IMG/VR virus record: IMGVR_UViG_3300032233_001741
Coordinates: 1-36,278 of that record
Direction: 5' to 3' (one strand)
Origin: a virus
Lineage: Duplodnaviria > Caudoviricetes
DNA: 36,278 nt
Position 1 is the stretch's first letter, and each line of letters opens with the position of its first letter. Shown in pieces: positions 34,558 through 36,278 of this stretch. The notes beneath the pieces are model-generated. The model had not been told where the DNA came from. It did not search any database and saw nothing but the letters and a program-made list of their open reading frames with translations. The position numbers were made by a program, and so were the translations under genes.

Positions 34558-34782
34558 ATGTTAGCAGTAACACTCACACTTACAACATTAATTTCCTTGA
34601 TGTTTTTAATGGTTGGATGTATGATTGGATGGATGGCAAAACAACATTTCTATGAGAGAAGCTATACTCCGTATATGCACCCAGAAATGTTTGATGAAAA
34701 TGGGAATGTAATTCCAGATGAAATTTTAGCAGTGAGGTTTGAAAACGATTATGACTACGACGACGACGAAGAAGACGATTGA
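34558..34782 (+). CDS. Small single-TM membrane protein (DUF2973-like cyanophage conserved gene)
   Basis: Hydrophobic N-terminus, HPEMFDENGNVIPDEILAVRFEN, acidic tail; GGGAGG SD. Confidence 0.8.
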   Translation: MLAVTLTLTTLISLMFLMVGCMIGWMAKQHFYERSYTPYMHPEMFDENGNVIPDEILAVRFENDYDYDDDEEDD

Positions 34783-35317
34783 AAAACCAATTGAAACTCT
34801 TCCTATTAACCCATTTATTTTTGAAATTTTAGAACTTGCATCCAAGCAACGTTCTAATGCAAAAAAGATTGAAGTTTTGAAGACATACGAACATGATTCT
34901 ATCAAAACTGTTTTTATTTGGAATTTTGATGAGACTGTAATTAGTCTTATTCCTGAAGGTGACGTTCCTTATGGTGATACAAAAGATCAAAATGTTTACT
35001 CGGGAACTCTTTCCCAAAATCTTTCTAAAGAAGCTGCGGGTGGTGAATCTGCAACAGGACAAGACTTAGATGGAAGAGGCAGAACTTCTCTTCGAAAAGA
35101 GTATGTTAATTTGTATCACTATGTTCAGGGTGGAAATAATACAATTAATACTATTCGTAGGGAGATGATGTTTATCAATCTCTTGCAGGGTCTTCATCCT
35201 AGAGAGGCAGAAATTTTATGTCTTGTGAAGGATAAACAGTTGCAAACTAAATATAAAATTACACTTGAAAATGTAAAGGAGGCTTATCCCGATATTACTT
35301 GGGGTGGGCGTTCATGA
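34751..35317 (+). CDS. Conserved T4-like phage hypothetical protein
   Basis: Start moved to the ATG at 34751; IWNFD...RREMMFINLLQGLHPREAEILCLVKDK. Confidence 0.8.
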   Translation: MTTTTTKKTIEKPIETLPINPFIFEILELASKQRSNAKKIEVLKTYEHDSIKTVFIWNFDETVISLIPEGDVPYGDTKDQNVYSGTLSQNLSKEAAGGESATGQDLDGRGRTSLRKEYVNLYHYVQGGNNTINTIRREMMFINLLQGLHPREAEILCLVKDKQLQTKYKITLENVKEAYPDITWGGRS

Positions 35318-35661
35318 GTAAAATTTATGATGTTGCAAAGAAGGAGAAGGAGGAATTAATTTTGGATAAAACAAACGAAAACAAAATTGTTCCTTCTCAA
35401 TATGGTTGTGAAATTATTTTGGAAAAGTCTACTTTGCAGCAAGTAAAAGATCCATCATTTCCTAGTGATGCCAAACTAATTTGGTATCAAATTGAAGGAG
35501 AGACTCATATGGATCTCTGTCGTGGTAGAAACGTAAAGATTTTTGATATGTACTACGACAAATATGGTCCAGGTGCAGTTAAAAAAATTAGTTTTGGATA
35601 TGGAAGAGTGAATCCTAGATTGTGGGGATATAAGAAACCAGATAATAAGAAAAGAAAATGA
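35314..35661 (+). CDS. Hypothetical protein
   Basis: Start moved to the ATG at 35314 (ATGA overlap); FPSDA...IFDMYYDKYG...GYGRVNPRLWGY. Confidence 0.8.
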   Translation: MSKIYDVAKKEKEELILDKTNENKIVPSQYGCEIILEKSTLQQVKDPSFPSDAKLIWYQIEGETHMDLCRGRNVKIFDMYYDKYGPGAVKKISFGYGRVNPRLWGYKKPDNKKRK

Positions 35662-35849
35662 GTGAAGGATTTGATGATGGAAAGGCAAAGGTAAATATAA
35701 ACACCGACGAACTTTCAAAGATTATTAAAAAATACAAAAAACTTAATAAGTACAAAAGGTCTGCTGTGTTTACAGTAAAGACTATTGATGGCACCGAAAA
35801 TGTCATTAGTTCATTAATTAAAGAAGCAGAGGAGTATCCTATAGACTAA
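35658..35849 (+). CDS. Hypothetical protein (63 aa)
   Basis: ATGA overlap at the start and TAATG overlap at the end. Confidence 0.7.
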   Translation: MSEGFDDGKAKVNINTDELSKIIKKYKKLNKYKRSAVFTVKTIDGTENVISSLIKEAEEYPID

Positions 35850-36175
35850 TGGGAAAGCACTATTTACTTAACTTGTATGGATGCTCGTTTGTCCTTTTGG
35901 ATGATGAGCGTTGTCTTATAGACTTACTGGAAAACGCAGCAATTGCAAGCGGTGCTACAGTGTGCCAAACTATCTCTAAGAAGTTCGAACCACAGGGAGT
36001 TACAGTATTATGTTTACTTTCAGAAAGTCATATTTCAATTCATACTTGGCCTGAGGAAGGTAGGGCAGCAGTAGATGTTTATACTTGCGGAGATTGCAAT
36101 CCTAAGATTGGTTGTGATATAATCATTCAGCAACTTTTTGCAACAAATCATACGTTAAGTTACATAGAACGGTAG
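35849..36175 (+). CDS. speD: S-adenosylmethionine decarboxylase proenzyme (pyruvoyl-dependent, class 1b)
   Basis: MGKH, KFEPQGVT, LLSESHISIHTWPE (E-S self-cleavage site), VDVYTCG. Confidence 0.93.
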   Translation: MGKHYLLNLYGCSFVLLDDERCLIDLLENAAIASGATVCQTISKKFEPQGVTVLCLLSESHISIHTWPEEGRAAVDVYTCGDCNPKIGCDIIIQQLFATNHTLSYIER

Positions 36176-36185
36176 TCTATGTTAC
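36172..36185. promoter_or_regulatory. NtcA-type binding site
   Basis: GTA-GTCTATGT-TAC(A) is an exact GTA-N8-TAC, 12 nt upstream of the late promoter that precedes a glutamine riboswitch. Confidence 0.5.
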
Positions 36186-36197
36186 AAAATTAATTGT

Positions 36198-36204
36198 CTA
36201 AATA
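36198..36204 (+). promoter_or_regulatory. T4-like late promoter
   Basis: CTAAATA ending 6 nt before the first stem of the riboswitch. Confidence 0.65.
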
Positions 36205-36208
36205 ATCT

Positions 36209-36265
36209 GACGTTCATTTGCTATTTGCGAATAGCGAACGGAAGTAGGAATACCGAAGGAACGCA
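36209..36265 (+). ncRNA. Glutamine riboswitch class I (glnA RNA motif)
   Basis: P1 CGTTC (36211-36215)/GAACG (36259-36263); P2 TTTGCTATT-TGCG-AATAGCGAA; P3 with E-loop CGGAAGTAGG-AATA-CCGAAGG. This matches the glnA motif pattern CGUUCA...CGGAAGUA...GAAGGAACG. Confidence 0.9.
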
Positions 36266-36278
36266 CCAATACCCATAA

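Noticed and set aside
1-36278. tRNA, rRNA, CRISPR arrays, integrase or transposase
   Set aside because: None recognised. Intergenic gaps are short and mostly explained by promoters, terminators or the RNA motifs listed; tRNAscan-SE was not run.

Overview
This window comes from a T4-like cyanophage (cyanomyovirus) genome; the evidence is a phage-type psbA, recurrent T4-like late promoters (TATAAATA/ATAAATA/CTAAATA) and typical cyanophage auxiliary genes. From left to right it holds: (1) an intron-less psbA with a dual sigma70/late promoter, an HLR1-like box and a PhotoRC-II-like structured leader, then two micro-ORFs, an HNH endonuclease and a 2OG-Fe(II) oxygenase; (2) about 18 kb of tail-fibre and virion appendage genes built as repeated fibre / small adaptor / Gly-rich tip modules, ending in three very Cys-rich paralogues and a chaperone-like gene; (3) a sugar-modification cluster with a GT9-like glycosyltransferase, a NodU/CmcH carbamoyltransferase, a split HldE (nucleotidyltransferase and kinase), a cupin and an inverted hldD; (4) two more structural genes; (5) glutaredoxin, conserved hypotheticals, an apparently inserted AT-rich ferredoxin-dependent bilin reductase with a structured non-coding segment, speD, and a glnA-type glutamine riboswitch preceded by an NtcA box. 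The best candidate for an undescribed system is a heptose-synthesis / transferase / carbamoylation pathway that may decorate the adjacent Cys/Gly-rich tail-tip proteins. All family assignments come from reading motifs by eye; no searches were run.
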